From: Lama guanicoe
Taxonomy: Eukaryota
NCBI GenBank assembly: GCA_013239625.1
Contig: MU054187.1
Location: forward strand, 17,786,711-17,850,710
Direction of reading: 5' to 3'
DNA: 64,000 nt
Each line of letters opens with the position of its first letter. Position 1 is the first letter of the stretch. The notes under the pieces are model-generated. The model was not told where the DNA came from and did no database searches. It saw only the letters and a list, made by a program, of their open reading frames with translations. Position numbers and translations under genes: made by a program. Shown piece by piece: positions 36,461-48,063 of this stretch.

Positions 36461-38560
36461 GCTAATTTTTTTAGTTTGGATAAATGTACTATGATTCTGT
36501 AAGGTAAGCAGCATTAGAGGAATTATGGTAAAGGGTATATGAGAACATGCTGTACTATGTCTATGCATCTGAAATTATTTCAACTAAAAAGTAAAGCTTG
36601 TGTACCACTGCTTTAGGACAACAGACAACTTCAAAGTCAAACCTTTGGTAATTTCATAATTTATCTCTATGACAGCATCACACACTGTAGTTGAAGTATT
36701 CTGTTTCGATCTGTGTTGTAAAATCACTTGACTCCTTCAATGAAATTTATTAAATATGTAAATATTGCCAGTCATGTATTATATGTTAAATCGTTTGAGG
36801 CTAATAAGAATATCTTCAGATGTCTTCTCTTCAAAGAGAAAGTCTTCCTTGATCACCTAAAATACTACCTTTCTCTACCAGTCTGTTTTTTTTTTTTCCC
36901 TTATAACTTGTTTTCTGTAAAAATTTTGTTTACTTATTGTTTACTGTTTGCTCTTCTGGAGTATATGTTCCATGAAGGCACAGATTTTATTTTACCCATG
37001 GGATCAGGGTCATCACATTAGAGATGGATGCTTAGTAAGTATTTGTTGAGTGAATGAATTATCTGTATTTGTGTTGCATCTTCCTGTTAAGTGGTTTATA
37101 TCCAAAAGTTGGAACTGCTGCTTTAAATCCACTTGGCTGTGAGTATATTAGTCCCAACCCTGGTTATCTAACTTCCCGTGAGTGAAAGTAATAACTCTTT
37201 GTTAAGCAGAAAGTTGTACTGGTCTACACATTTAAGATTTCTCACAGCAAGGAAATGCCAACGAAAGAGATGAGAGTAAATAATCATTCTTTTGTACTTT
37301 CCTGGCAGATCTTTCTGGTTCTACTAGCAAACTTTTACTTCACCTTATCAGATGCTCTGCAAACCAGGCTCTTTTTATTTGTGATAGTTTTGGGACCCTT
37401 TTCAGAGCAATTTTTAAGATTTTCTTTTATCCAATTAAAATTTAAAGTAAAATGTTCCTGTTGGAATCAGATCATTTCAGACATAAGAAAACTTGTTATA
37501 AGCATTAAAGGTGGAAACTGGGAAACACATGTCCATTTTCCACATGGCAGCCCTTGGTAGGTTATTGAGTTATTTGCTCAGCTGAGCAGTGGAGGCACAA
37601 ATTAAGGCATTGTTAACCACCGCCCCTCCTCCCCCCCCCCTTGGGAAGGTGTGGCAAGGCTTCAGAAAGGCTGGGACCCTTAGAATGGGTCTTGAAAGAA
37701 AAGGAATAATCAGCAAGCAAGAGTAGCAAACCCTGGATGTGAATGTTATCACTGGTCTGAACTTTCTTTACTTCGACTGTGATAGAAAATTAATTCACTT
37801 TTAGGATAATATCTTAAAGAACCCTAACATCTCTCCCACATAGAAAATTTTCTTATACAGAGAGTGTACTTCTTTCTTACCATTTTGTATGGAGGGGTTG
37901 CAAAACGAGCACCAGGTTATTTCCAAACCAGAATAACCGTCTTTGCATTTTTCTCAAAAGCTAATTTTGTGGATCTAAGTGAATACATACATTTTGATAT
38001 TTAGACATTAAAAATTGTTGGAATTGGCAATTATCAATGTGTCTACCTGTTTTGTTTTTCTTATCCTATAATATTTCCACAGACTCTGTTTGATCAGAAT
38101 CACAAGTGAAAGATTTTTCACAGCTAATAATGTTTAGAAATCAAAGTTTCATTGAGATTGTGAGGTGGTTTTTTGTAATAATTTATAAGAATTGTAATTT
38201 AAAAGAATGCTGTCATATCCTTTTAAATTAGCTATATTCTACGGCCCTTGTATCTATAGTAAATTATATTGTAGAAATATGTTTTCTGGATTATTTAAAT
38301 AGGCTTTATTAATGAATTTCTAAATTAATGGAATTCATCTTTATTAACTACCATATGTGTGGCTTTTTCCATTAGGTGATGAAAGGAACACAAAAGATCA
38401 TATATTCTTTCAGGAGAGAGAAAACATTTTAAAAGTGAAGAGAAAAAATATTTAATAATAATTGTATTTAAAATAAAGTGATAAGATGAATCAGGTCAAA
38501 TAATACATGATACAGGCAATAAAGTGTTATCAACAACCAAAGGAAGAAATATTAACATTA

Positions 38561-39170
38561 CAGGCAAACCTCAGCGATATTGCAGGTTTGGATCCAGACC
38601 ACCACAATAAAGTGAGTTGCATGAATATTTTGGTTTCTCAGTGCATATAAAAGCTATGTTTACATGATTCCATAGTCTATTGTGTGCAATAGCATAATGT
38701 CTAAAAAACAATGTACATACCTTAATTAAAGCGTACTTTATGGGGGGAGGGTATAGCTCAAGTGGTAGAGCGCATGCCTAGCATGCACAAGGTCCTGGGT
38801 TCAATCCTCAGTACTTCCTCCAAAAATAAGTAAACCTAATTACCTCCCCCTACCAAAAAAACAAAAAACAAACAAAAATACTTTATTGCTAAAAATTGCT
38901 AACCATCATCTGAGCTTTCAGTGAGTCACAATCTTTTTGCAATAGTAACATCAAAGATCACAGATCACTATAAGAAATATAATAATAATAAAGTTTGAAA
39001 TATTGTAAAAACTATCAAAATGTAACCAGAGACATGAAGGAGCAAATGCTGTTGGAAAAATGGTGCAGATAGACTTGCTTGACACAGGGTTGGTACAAAT
39101 TTTCAGTTTGCAACAAACCCAGTATCTGTGAAGCCCAATAAAGTGAAGCACAGTAAAACAAGGTCTGTCT
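38561..39170 (-). mobile_element. Internally deleted Tigger1-type transposon interrupted by a SINE
   Basis: TA|caggcaaacctcagcgatattgcagg at the left end and aataaagtgaagcacagtaaaacaaggtctgtct at the right end match the two Tigger1 termini. Confidence 0.8.
38742..38874 (+). mobile_element. tRNA-Ala-derived camelid SINE (Vic-1-like)
   Basis: ggggggagggtatagctcaagtggtagagcgcatgcctagcatgcacaaggtcctgggttcaatcc carries A and B boxes, followed by a non-tRNA tail and A-rich end; TSD core TACTTTAT on both sides. Confidence 0.85.
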
Positions 39171-41084
39171 TACCTAGAATTATCATGGACTCCACAGCAA
39201 CTGAGGAGAAAGGAATCAAGATGCCTCTTGACATTTGAGCAGGATGTGGATAGAATTTGGAAGAACTTTCTCAGCAAGAACATGACTAAAAACATGAAGA
39301 TTGCACGGACAGAGTACCATAAGGGTTGTCAGACTTAAAGTAGAAGATGTGTGTTTCTGGAGAAACATTTACAATAGGTTTGATGAAATGTCCTTAAACT
39401 GGTTGTCACTGAAAGTATGGCTTAAAAGAAACACTTCTAGTTTCAGTAGAACTATCTTAATCCTGAAAGGAGTATATTCTTCAGCAAATTCCATGAAAGC
39501 TTGTTTTAAAAGACTTTTAACTCAATCCCTTTGTATAAGGTAAGGTAATATTCCTCGGAGTGTGCTAGGTTAGTTGTTTTTACATACAAGTGGTGTTCTC
39601 TAGTCAAATTTTGGAAATTCTACTAGTGTTAAACTTTTTTTTTAAGCTATGAGTTTACAGAGCCTTTAATAAACATATATAGTATACATACTACATAATA
39701 TACTTAAATTAATATATTAAAATTGTGAATCTCCAGAAGTAAATTTATCTGATCTCAGAGCTGAGAATCCTGAGGTTTTTGTTTGTTTGTTTTCTGTGTT
39801 TTATTTTTTAGAACCAAAAAAGATTAGGGTTTCTTGGGATAAACTTTAGAAAATGCCGATGTAAAGCATCCACATACACATTTGAAAGAAAATGTTAATT
39901 GAGACTTAAAAAGTCTAGCTGAGGAGTAGAAGTAATAAAAATGTCATGTCCAAGACCATTATTAACCAGGCTGCCTTGTCTTTCCTTGCCTTGTTAGTGG
40001 CTAGGAAACAAAGAAAAGGGGAAATGCAACCAACCGTAATTTTTTTCCCAAGCATTTGACACACTGTATGCTAAATAAACTTTTTTGAGTGTGAATTTTC
40101 TCTAAAGCTCAATTCTGTCATAAACACATGATAAAAGTCAAGGCCAAAAGGTTAAAATCAAAATCAAGGAAGAAAATTTTATTAACTTTCGACAAAGCAT
40201 TTTAAAATAATATTCCTTCTTTTGCCGCAATCTCAGAATGTTTTTCAACACTGTTAAGAATGTTATAGATGGCCTTCAAGGAAATACTTTCAAGGACCGT
40301 TTTAAAAGATCCCTTTAGAAACTTAATATGTCCCCATTTCTATAGCTGATGGCTTACCAACAGCACCAGTTCATCAGGGTGGAGATGTACCACATAGTTG
40401 ACCATGTCTGGTGGTAGAAAGAAGCATAGCCCACTTAGAAAAGTCCACCTGAAGAAAAATCTTAAAGAGTCATTTGCTCCTAAAAAAAGTGTCAGTCAAC
40501 TCCCGTTTCTGGAGTTAATAATGGAAACCAAACAGAAAACATTTGGTTCAATGCCTCATCAAAGTGAATTCTACACAACTGTCTGTACAACTCCATCCAG
40601 CTGTCTGTACCCATGAGGGGACATTCCACGTGGGTTGGGGAGAGTGAGAAAGAGATGCAGGATGACACATGAACTGAGAGGAAGGTCCTACTTCCACACT
40701 TTGAGGATGGCACTGTCTGTAGATCAAATAAAGCCAGTCAGCCCTTAACCAGGTGGCCATGAGGCTGGGGTGGCTGTTTAAGAACCCTGGCCTACCTAGA
40801 ATAGTGTTTTCAGTTCCCTTTATAAGTAAGTGAAGACTACTGGCAAATCTTTCTGGGTCTGTTTAAAAGGAACAAGAAGTTTCTTTTCAAAGATTAAAAT
40901 TCAGCATAGAAAGTAAAGCACCATTCCTGTTCTTATATAGTTTGGAGGTCCTGGTTTCATGTACATTCTTGGTAATAAGATATTAAAGGTCATATTTCAA
41001 TGAAAGTGAGAAATCTAATAATTGTACAGCACTAAAAATCTTGTCTTACAATTTCCTGTTGGGATTCATTAAGTGAATCTGACA

Positions 41085-42018
41085 GTGTTAATACATAGGC
41101 CATCATTTATTATCAAAGGAGAAATGGTATCCAAAGTAAGCAATTTGTTTGTAATACTGTATGAAAATATTTTATATACAGATATACTGTCAAAATTAAA
41201 TACACATTCCATTAATTAAAAGGCTAACATATATTATTCTCTTAAAAATATACTTCCCAAATTGCTAACTCATTTAGACAAATTTTATTACATATAAATG
41301 ACAAGAGTGACTCAGTACTATGGTCTAGCATCCTTAGAACAGATGACTATTTTGTGAAATTATTCTTTATTTTCATTTAAAAACATTTGCTGAATCATTT
41401 ATAAAGGCACTCTGTTACACATTCATACTTAATTACATCTCCTGATATCTCCTTGATAAAGGAGTATCTTGGGCCTTTTATGCTTATTGCTTCTTTAAGG
41501 TATATGAGTCTTGTTCTCATGGGCTTATCCATATCTCACTGTTAGTGAAACGTTTCCAGCACAGAAGACAACAATTTCCACTCTCGTTGCAATATACTGA
41601 TGCATAGTGGGCCATAAAATTATTTTGGTAATAATGCAATGTTATTTTTTAATCCTTGTAACCTTTATATACTTCACAGAATTTATATGTCTTCTGGAAA
41701 TTTTAAACAGGTTTAAAAAGTATTAACGCAACTAATATCTTACATGGATTGCCTTACCTAAACCAGCTCAGAATCAATACCGATTGATTAATACCGATGT
41801 CTGCATATATGTGAAATAGTTTGTTGATTGCAGCATTCAGGTTCCTTTGTTTATGTCCATCTTCTAGTACTACAATAAGGATTTCTCAATTGCTGTAATC
41901 CATTTTTACCAGGATGCATTCAGTAACTTCCACGAGGCATTCTACCCTGGAAAATTGCATGAGCAGAGAGATCCTTGGAGTATACAACTTAAGTTTTTAT
42001 ATTGCCACTCCATATTTT
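41085..42018 (-). other. IL7: IL7 3' UTR (3' end approximate)
   Basis: Follows the TGA on the minus strand. Minus-strand AATAAA (TTTATT on +) at 41366-41371, 41284-41289 and 41106-41111. Confidence 0.6.
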
Positions 42019-42138
42019 TCAGTGTTCTTTAACACCCCTCAAAATTTTATTCCAACAAGTTTTTATCTTTTGTAGTAGTATCTTTAGGAAACACAGGTCA
42101 TTCAGTTTTTTCTGTTCCTTTACAGATTTATTTTCTTC
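42019..42138 (-). CDS. IL7: IL7 exon 6, coding part (C-terminal helix and stop)
   Basis: Minus strand: atttctttAG|GAA GAA...CAC TGA. Translates [39 protein letters not shown]. Confidence 0.96.
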   Translation of the reverse strand, partial: EENKSVKEQKKLNDLCFLKILLQKIKTCWNKILRGVKEH

Positions 42139-42580
42139 CTAAAGAAATACATAAAAAAGTTTTTAAGTTCACATTTTTATAAAAATACACATTTTAAAAT
42201 ATTCAATCTTTCTATCATGCTAGGTTATACCAAAATTTTGGTTTAATTAAAAAGGAGAAGCCTCCATGATATTTTTTTCAACTATTATTTCTAACTATAA
42301 TTGTGATCACTGATGTGTAGGAAATTCAAGGTTGTTGTGGTTTAAGATCTAGGGTTAAAGAGCTGTCAAGTGGCTGCCATTTTCACCACTGCAGCAGTGG
42401 ACATAAGAATGCTGTTTAAACATTTGTGAGGAAGGTTTGTTTATTACTCAACTGAGATTTTTTTAAATGGAAAAAAATGTATTTTTGTGGAAGAAATAAT
42501 TCTGAAAATATTGGATTTCTTTTGGCAAAGATTAATAAGAATCTGTCTGATTGAGCTTGTGCACTTGTCTTCACTAGAGT

Positions 42581-42652
42581 GAAGTATTAGAGTACTTCTA
42601 GTATTAGAAGTACTAGAGTACTAATACTTCTAGTATTAGAAGTACTAGAGTA
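42581..42652. repeat. Nested inverted repeat plus 28-bp direct repeat in IL7 intron 5
   Basis: GAAGTATTAG-AGTACTTCTA-gtat-TAGAAGTACT-agagta-CTAATACTTC; TACTTCTAGTATTAGAAGTACTAGAGTA at 42593 and 42625. Confidence 0.9.
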
Positions 42653-44211
42653 TTGTAGAAGCCTGCTTCATAAGCTAGTTTTCAGCCCCTGATGAAAATT
42701 TTAAAAAGGGTTGCCTGTACCATATTTACAAAAAGTGGAGAAGCAGACACCTCGCATGGAATAGACTTAATAAGAGCAGCTGTGCCGAAACTCAGTTACA
42801 TTCCTCTGAGTCCCTGGAAAGGGAATGAGTACTGGGTAGAGTAATTTCTTCATTTAGATAACAACCAATTATTGGGTGTCTTCCAGGTCAGCTACTGTGT
42901 TTAGTGCTTTACATACACTATTTCATTTTATCTCCTTTATAACTATGAAATTGATGATCTCATCTTTCCCATTTGAGGAAACTGATGCTTCAAAGAGGGT
43001 AAATCAGCTACCACAGTCAGGTGTCAAGTAAATACAATGACTGGGCCTTGGGCTTGTTTGTCCTATTTTTAGTTTAGTCACAAATTCAGATCTCTTAGTT
43101 ATATACTTAGTAACACTAACACATACCCTTTAAATGATGTATTTCAAAGATTAAACATTGCAAAGATATATATGGAGGAGAGTTTCTCATATTCTTTTTA
43201 ATGAGGGTCCCAGGACATCTTTTAAAAATACAAATTGAAGTTTATGTGACTAACAAGTTTGAAATACATAGATGTGAAAATGTCATGACTTCGCAAAGAC
43301 CAAGAATGAATATCCATTAAAAAGACAAAGAGCCATGATTTTTGCCTCTGTAACCCTGGGAACAGAGATGTTATCTCCTTTTTCTAAACTTTCTTCCTGA
43401 ATTCCCTCAGTCAGAGGTCCTCAATGTAATATTATATTGCTCATGTATTCATTTCAACTCTTCCACCTCAGGTGGAATTCCTAGTTTCCTGAGTCCCAGG
43501 GTGTGCAAACTCACCCCACTTCTCTAAGACAAATAAGGAATTTCCATGCTCCCATATATATAGATCAAGTAACAATGCTAATGGGAATGTGAATGGAGAA
43601 TCTATCATTCTCATGAACCAGGTATGTTCATTTTTCCAAGTCTCATTCTAGTTAATACATCATTTTAATGTTCAATCAGATTTAATTAAATATTCTGACT
43701 TTTTCATTCTTAAATATTTTCTATATTGCTATATAATTTAGTGTAATACCCAATAGTATATATAAATACATATAAAATGTTCATATCCTATTATACAGCA
43801 TATATAGTACATTCTGTGTATACTAGTAAAGTAGGTGTAAAATGGGTTCTCAGTTTTAATTTGTGTTTCTTTATTAGAGTGGCTTTTTTCTTCATATACT
43901 TGTCTTCTAGTTTATTTTCTCCTACTTTGTTGATGTCCTTTGCCTATTACCTATTAGTGTTTTAATTTTGTTTCTTTAAAAAAAGTTGATGCTCTGACAT
44001 TTTCCCTAGCTTCTTTAATTTTAAAATAGTGTTTTCTAAAAATGCAGTTTAAAGGGCTCCAATTCTTAGGGGTATCCCCCTTCTCCTTTTACCAACATTA
44101 TAATGAATATTTTCAAAACCAACCGTATAAAAGGAAACAATACAAAGAGAAACATAAGGAATTAATTTGAGTAAAAATCTGATAAAAAAAGAAAAGTACA
44201 GTCACTCTCAC

Positions 44212-44265
44212 CAAATTCTTAGTGGGTTGGGCTTCACCCAGGGAAGGCAGTTTTCTTCCTTTAAC
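44212..44265 (-). CDS. IL7: IL7 exon 5 (54 nt)
   Basis: Minus strand: ttttttcttaAG|GTT AAA...AAT TTG|GTGAGA. Translates VKGRKLPSLGEAQPTKNL. Confidence 0.95.
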
Positions 44266-45097
44266 CTTAAGAAAAAAGTCACATGTACAGTATTGATTAT
44301 TAATCCTTTTTTGCTCCTCCCATTAGTGTAATTGCTAATTTTCATATTATTCTCAGCTCACCTAATCTGAGAATCTACTTTAAATTATTTATTATTAGTA
44401 TGGGAGAATACTAATTTCATTTAGACACAGACTATCAGGGAAAAGGAAGAAACAAGAGAGGCTAGTCTTTTGAATAACCTGGATCTGTAATTTTGCAGGG
44501 ATGCCCAGCACTGTGTTCAATTGCTGTGAGGTATGAAAAATTAATATAGAAGGGTATACTGACAGAGACAAAACTAGAGTTTTAATCAACATGAAAATAA
44601 CATTAAGTTGTTAAATCCTGATCATACATTATATTAAGCTTTACCCATCAGAAGCAAAATGAAATAAACACAGTAAAAAGCTTACAGCATGCCTAGCTCA
44701 TGAAGAAAACTCAGTGTAGCTGAATGTCTTTAACATCTTGCCTTATCATTTCAAGAAAAAGGTGGGTTGTATCAGGTTAATTTTGTAACACAATTTTGTT
44801 TAATCTCAAGATTTAAATTATTTGTGTATTTTCTTTATCTATAATTAGTTGATTTTGGAATACGGTGGTCCATGCAAACCTCAAAACATGAGAGAAAGAA
44901 CTGCAAATATACAGCATATTTATAACCGTTGACCCTTTCTAGGCCAAAAGGTGGTATTGCTAGTTTGCTCTGCCATCTTCTTAGTTAAGCCCTCACTTGA
45001 GGCTTATACTCACCGTAGCGTTTCCAATAGTCACTACTAAGCAATCGGATGTGTAAGCAACATGAAAACGAATTTGCTATTCCTGCATTAGATGGTA

Positions 45098-45421
45098 CAG
45101 TAGTCCCCTGTTATTTGTGTTTAGTTCCAGGACCCCCCTGGGTACTCTACTGGATACCAAACTCCAGGAATAGATGCTCAAGTCCCTTATATAAAATAGC
45201 GTAGTATTTGCACATAACCTTCACACATCCTCCTGTCTACTTTAAATCATTGGTAGATGACTTGTAACGCCTCATACAATGTAAATACTATGCAAATAGC
45301 TGTCAGTGTGGCTCGACAAATTCAAGTTTTGCTTTTTGGAGCTTTCTGGATTTTTTTAAAAAATGTTTTTGATTCGCAGCTAGTTGAATTTGAGGATGCA
45401 GAACCTGTGGACAGCTGACTG
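45098..45421. mobile_element. MER2/MER2B (TcMar-Tigger) element with TA target duplications
   Basis: TA|cagtagtcccctgttat...ggataccaaa...gatgctcaagtcccttatataaaat...gatgcagaacctgtggacagctgactg|TA. Confidence 0.8.
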
Positions 45422-45783
45422 TACATCAAATCACTATAAATAAGGATTAAGAGCTGGTATGCTAGAATATAAAGTCTTCATGAATCTTAAGCTTGGTCTT
45501 GAAAGATGCATAGGACAGGACAGATCAGATTTACAGAAAGGAGAACAGCAGAAATTCTATATAAGGGACTAACATTCATAAGGGGACAAAAATGGAAATA
45601 AGCTCAGCAAATCCATAACACCAAGAGGAGACTGGCTTGCATCAAGCAAGTAACGTAATGATAAATGAAGTGGTCCAACTTATATCATCTTATGGCCTAA
45701 CATGTATTTTCATCCCTGTCGGTAAGGTCAAAAAGAATCTTACCATTTTACCTTCTGTGGACAAGTACTAGTATTAAAAATTA

Positions 45784-45998
45784 GGTACTTTGAGATTTGC
45801 GGATACTGGTATATATAAAATAGATAAACAAGTTTTATACTCGATAGCATAGGGAACTATATTTGATATCTTGTAGCTTACAGTGAAAAAGAATAGGAAA
45901 ACAAATATATGTATATTCATGTATGACTGAAAGATTGTGCTATAAACCAGAAACTGACACAACTTTGTAAACTGACTATACTGCAATAAAAAAAAATT
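45784..45998 (+). mobile_element. Short camelid-type L1 3' end with A-tail
   Basis: tatatataaaatagataaacaag...tagcatagggaactatattt...aactttgtaaactgactatactgcaataaaaaaaaa; AAAAATTA on both flanks is a possible TSD. Confidence 0.8.
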
Positions 45999-46839
45999 AA
46001 CACACACAGCCCTTTTCCTATCATAAAAAATGTTAAAATTTTCTTTTAAAAAAATCACGAGAAATCTTTTGGCTTTATGTGGCAGCTGTAAAATTCCTGA
46101 AGAAGGAGTAACAATAATAATAGTAGTAATAATAAAAAAACACTTACTGAAACCTAAGCACTAAGCACTCTATATAAATTATGCTATCTAACCTTTTCAA
46201 CATCCTATTACATTCTTCTCCAGTAGATGAAGAAACTGTTCTATAGTCTCAAGATAATGTCTTCCAAATTCTATTTTGTTGTTCATATTTCATAACCACT
46301 AGTAGAGAAGTAGGGAAAAAATTAGCCTTTTACTTATCAAAATCACTGAAGCAAAAAAATTGAAAATTGTTGGACATAAATATGCCTGTTTTTTTATATA
46401 CAGAGTATTTGTTAAACACATTTGATTACCTGCTTTATGAATTCTTATGTGTACATATATAGATTGAAATTATTAAGACATTTCAGAAATAAAAATTTAC
46501 CATTTCTCACCCAACTTATCACACTAGCTGCCTTAAAAGTTATCATGGCAATAAAATATGCTTTCATTTATTTATTTATTTTTAATTGATGTATAATTGA
46601 TTTACAGTGTTGCTGTCATTTATTTTTAGTCTGCTTTTATAAACAATTTACCCTAGCCAAGAGATAAATAGATACTTTACAAGTTGAGACTTTCCTTTTC
46701 TAGAGCTGAGTAAATGTATTTCAGCTTTCTTATAAGCACTTAGATTTCTATGCTCATGGATATGATCATCAGAAGTGGTTAAGATCCTATCACAGGAGTC
46801 GTTTATATATTTGTTCAAAGTAAACAGTCCTCAGCTTAC

Positions 46840-46971
46840 CTTGCTGGTGCAGTTCAACAGTTGTAACGTGCCCTGTGAAACTCTTGATAGGTGGAAATTG
46901 AAATCCTCACTGTTATTCATTTTAGGAAATTGCTTCAACTTTCGAGCAGCACGATATAAAAATGAAGCTTC
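46840..46971 (-). CDS. IL7: IL7 exon 4
   Basis: Minus strand: ttctgtaatAG|GAA GCT...AGC AAG|GTAAGC. Translates [44 protein letters not shown] (132 nt). Confidence 0.96.
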
Positions 46972-47982
46972 CTATTACAGAAAAACATCAGAAGGGCTGT
47001 GGTTCAAATAAAATATTAAGAAATGATAAGCTTTCCTATGGAGCCTAAAGCCAGCACTGTGTTGCTAAATACTGCCCCACCTCCACCCCACGTTCCTTCT
47101 ATTCCAGGTAATCACATGACTGACAAGTAACTAGACTGAAACTGCAGCTCCTGGGTGACAGCCTGAAGTGCTTAGAACTTGGTTTAATGATTATCTGACT
47201 TTTTATGTGTGATCTTAACGCTTATGAGTGAACATATAACAAGTTTATTCAATTTTGAACAAGATAACTAAAGGAAAGGGCTTCTGGAAGCAATGATAAT
47301 GAAAGGTATGTGTGATTTTTCTTATTGTTATGATTTTTTGCCCCTTTTGATCTATGGGTGAATAACTGTCAATAAGAAAAAGAAGTTTTTCAAATATTTA
47401 ATGTAAGACAATTTTTTAAAAAGAATGTATGGATATACTATTAAATGCCATAACGTTAACTCATCTATTATGAGTTTTTAAAAAGGCTACTGAATAGTAC
47501 ACCAGTTTTTGCAGAAAGAAATGAAACAAACTTTCGTTGGAAGCTTTGTAAATTGTAATATTACTTTAAATAGAAGTAGTAGTGTTTTGAAGACAAGCAA
47601 ATATCAAAAGAAAAAAACAAAATGTTTACAACTAAGTTACGCCCATTACTTATGTTTGTGTCTGTGCAAGCAATCACTGACAAGCATTTTCCTGCATAAA
47701 AATTTCAGAAATAAGAGATATGTGTCTTTGAATTTAGCAGTTCTTCTAGTATTTTCAAGGTGAAAAATGAAATGCTAAAACTGAAAAGGATATTTATCAA
47801 ATAAGCATTTATAAAAGTATAAAAGACCATAGTATAACTTAGGAGATCAGTGGGAATTTTCGAGTTAGAACCAAAAGACTGTATTATTAATTTAATCAGT
47901 ATAATTAACAGAGATATGAAAAATATAAGCTTCCATGAAATCAAGCTTGAATGACATATAAACTCCAAATAATTATCATTAC

Positions 47983-48063
47983 CTTATTATCACCACATGA
48001 ATGTTTTTTAAAAAAGTTAGATTCGTTATTCAGGCAATTGCTATCAAAGTCTATCATGCTGTC
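47983..48063 (-). CDS. IL7: IL7 exon 3
   Basis: Minus strand: ttattacAG|GAC AGC...AAT AAG|GTAATG. Translates [27 protein letters not shown] (81 nt), homologous to human DSMKEIGSNCLNNEFNFFKRHICDANK. Confidence 0.96.

Noticed and set aside
38742..38820. tRNA-Ala-like sequence as a tRNA gene
   Set aside because: It has a non-tRNA tail, an A-rich end and a TSD, with a poorly pairing acceptor stem: a SINE head.
43461..43477. Inverted repeat TTCCACCT-C-AGGTGGAA
   Set aside because: 8-bp arms are expected by chance in 64 kb; no supporting context.
46775..47011. 78-aa + strand ORF
   Set aside because: Antisense shadow of IL7 exon 4.
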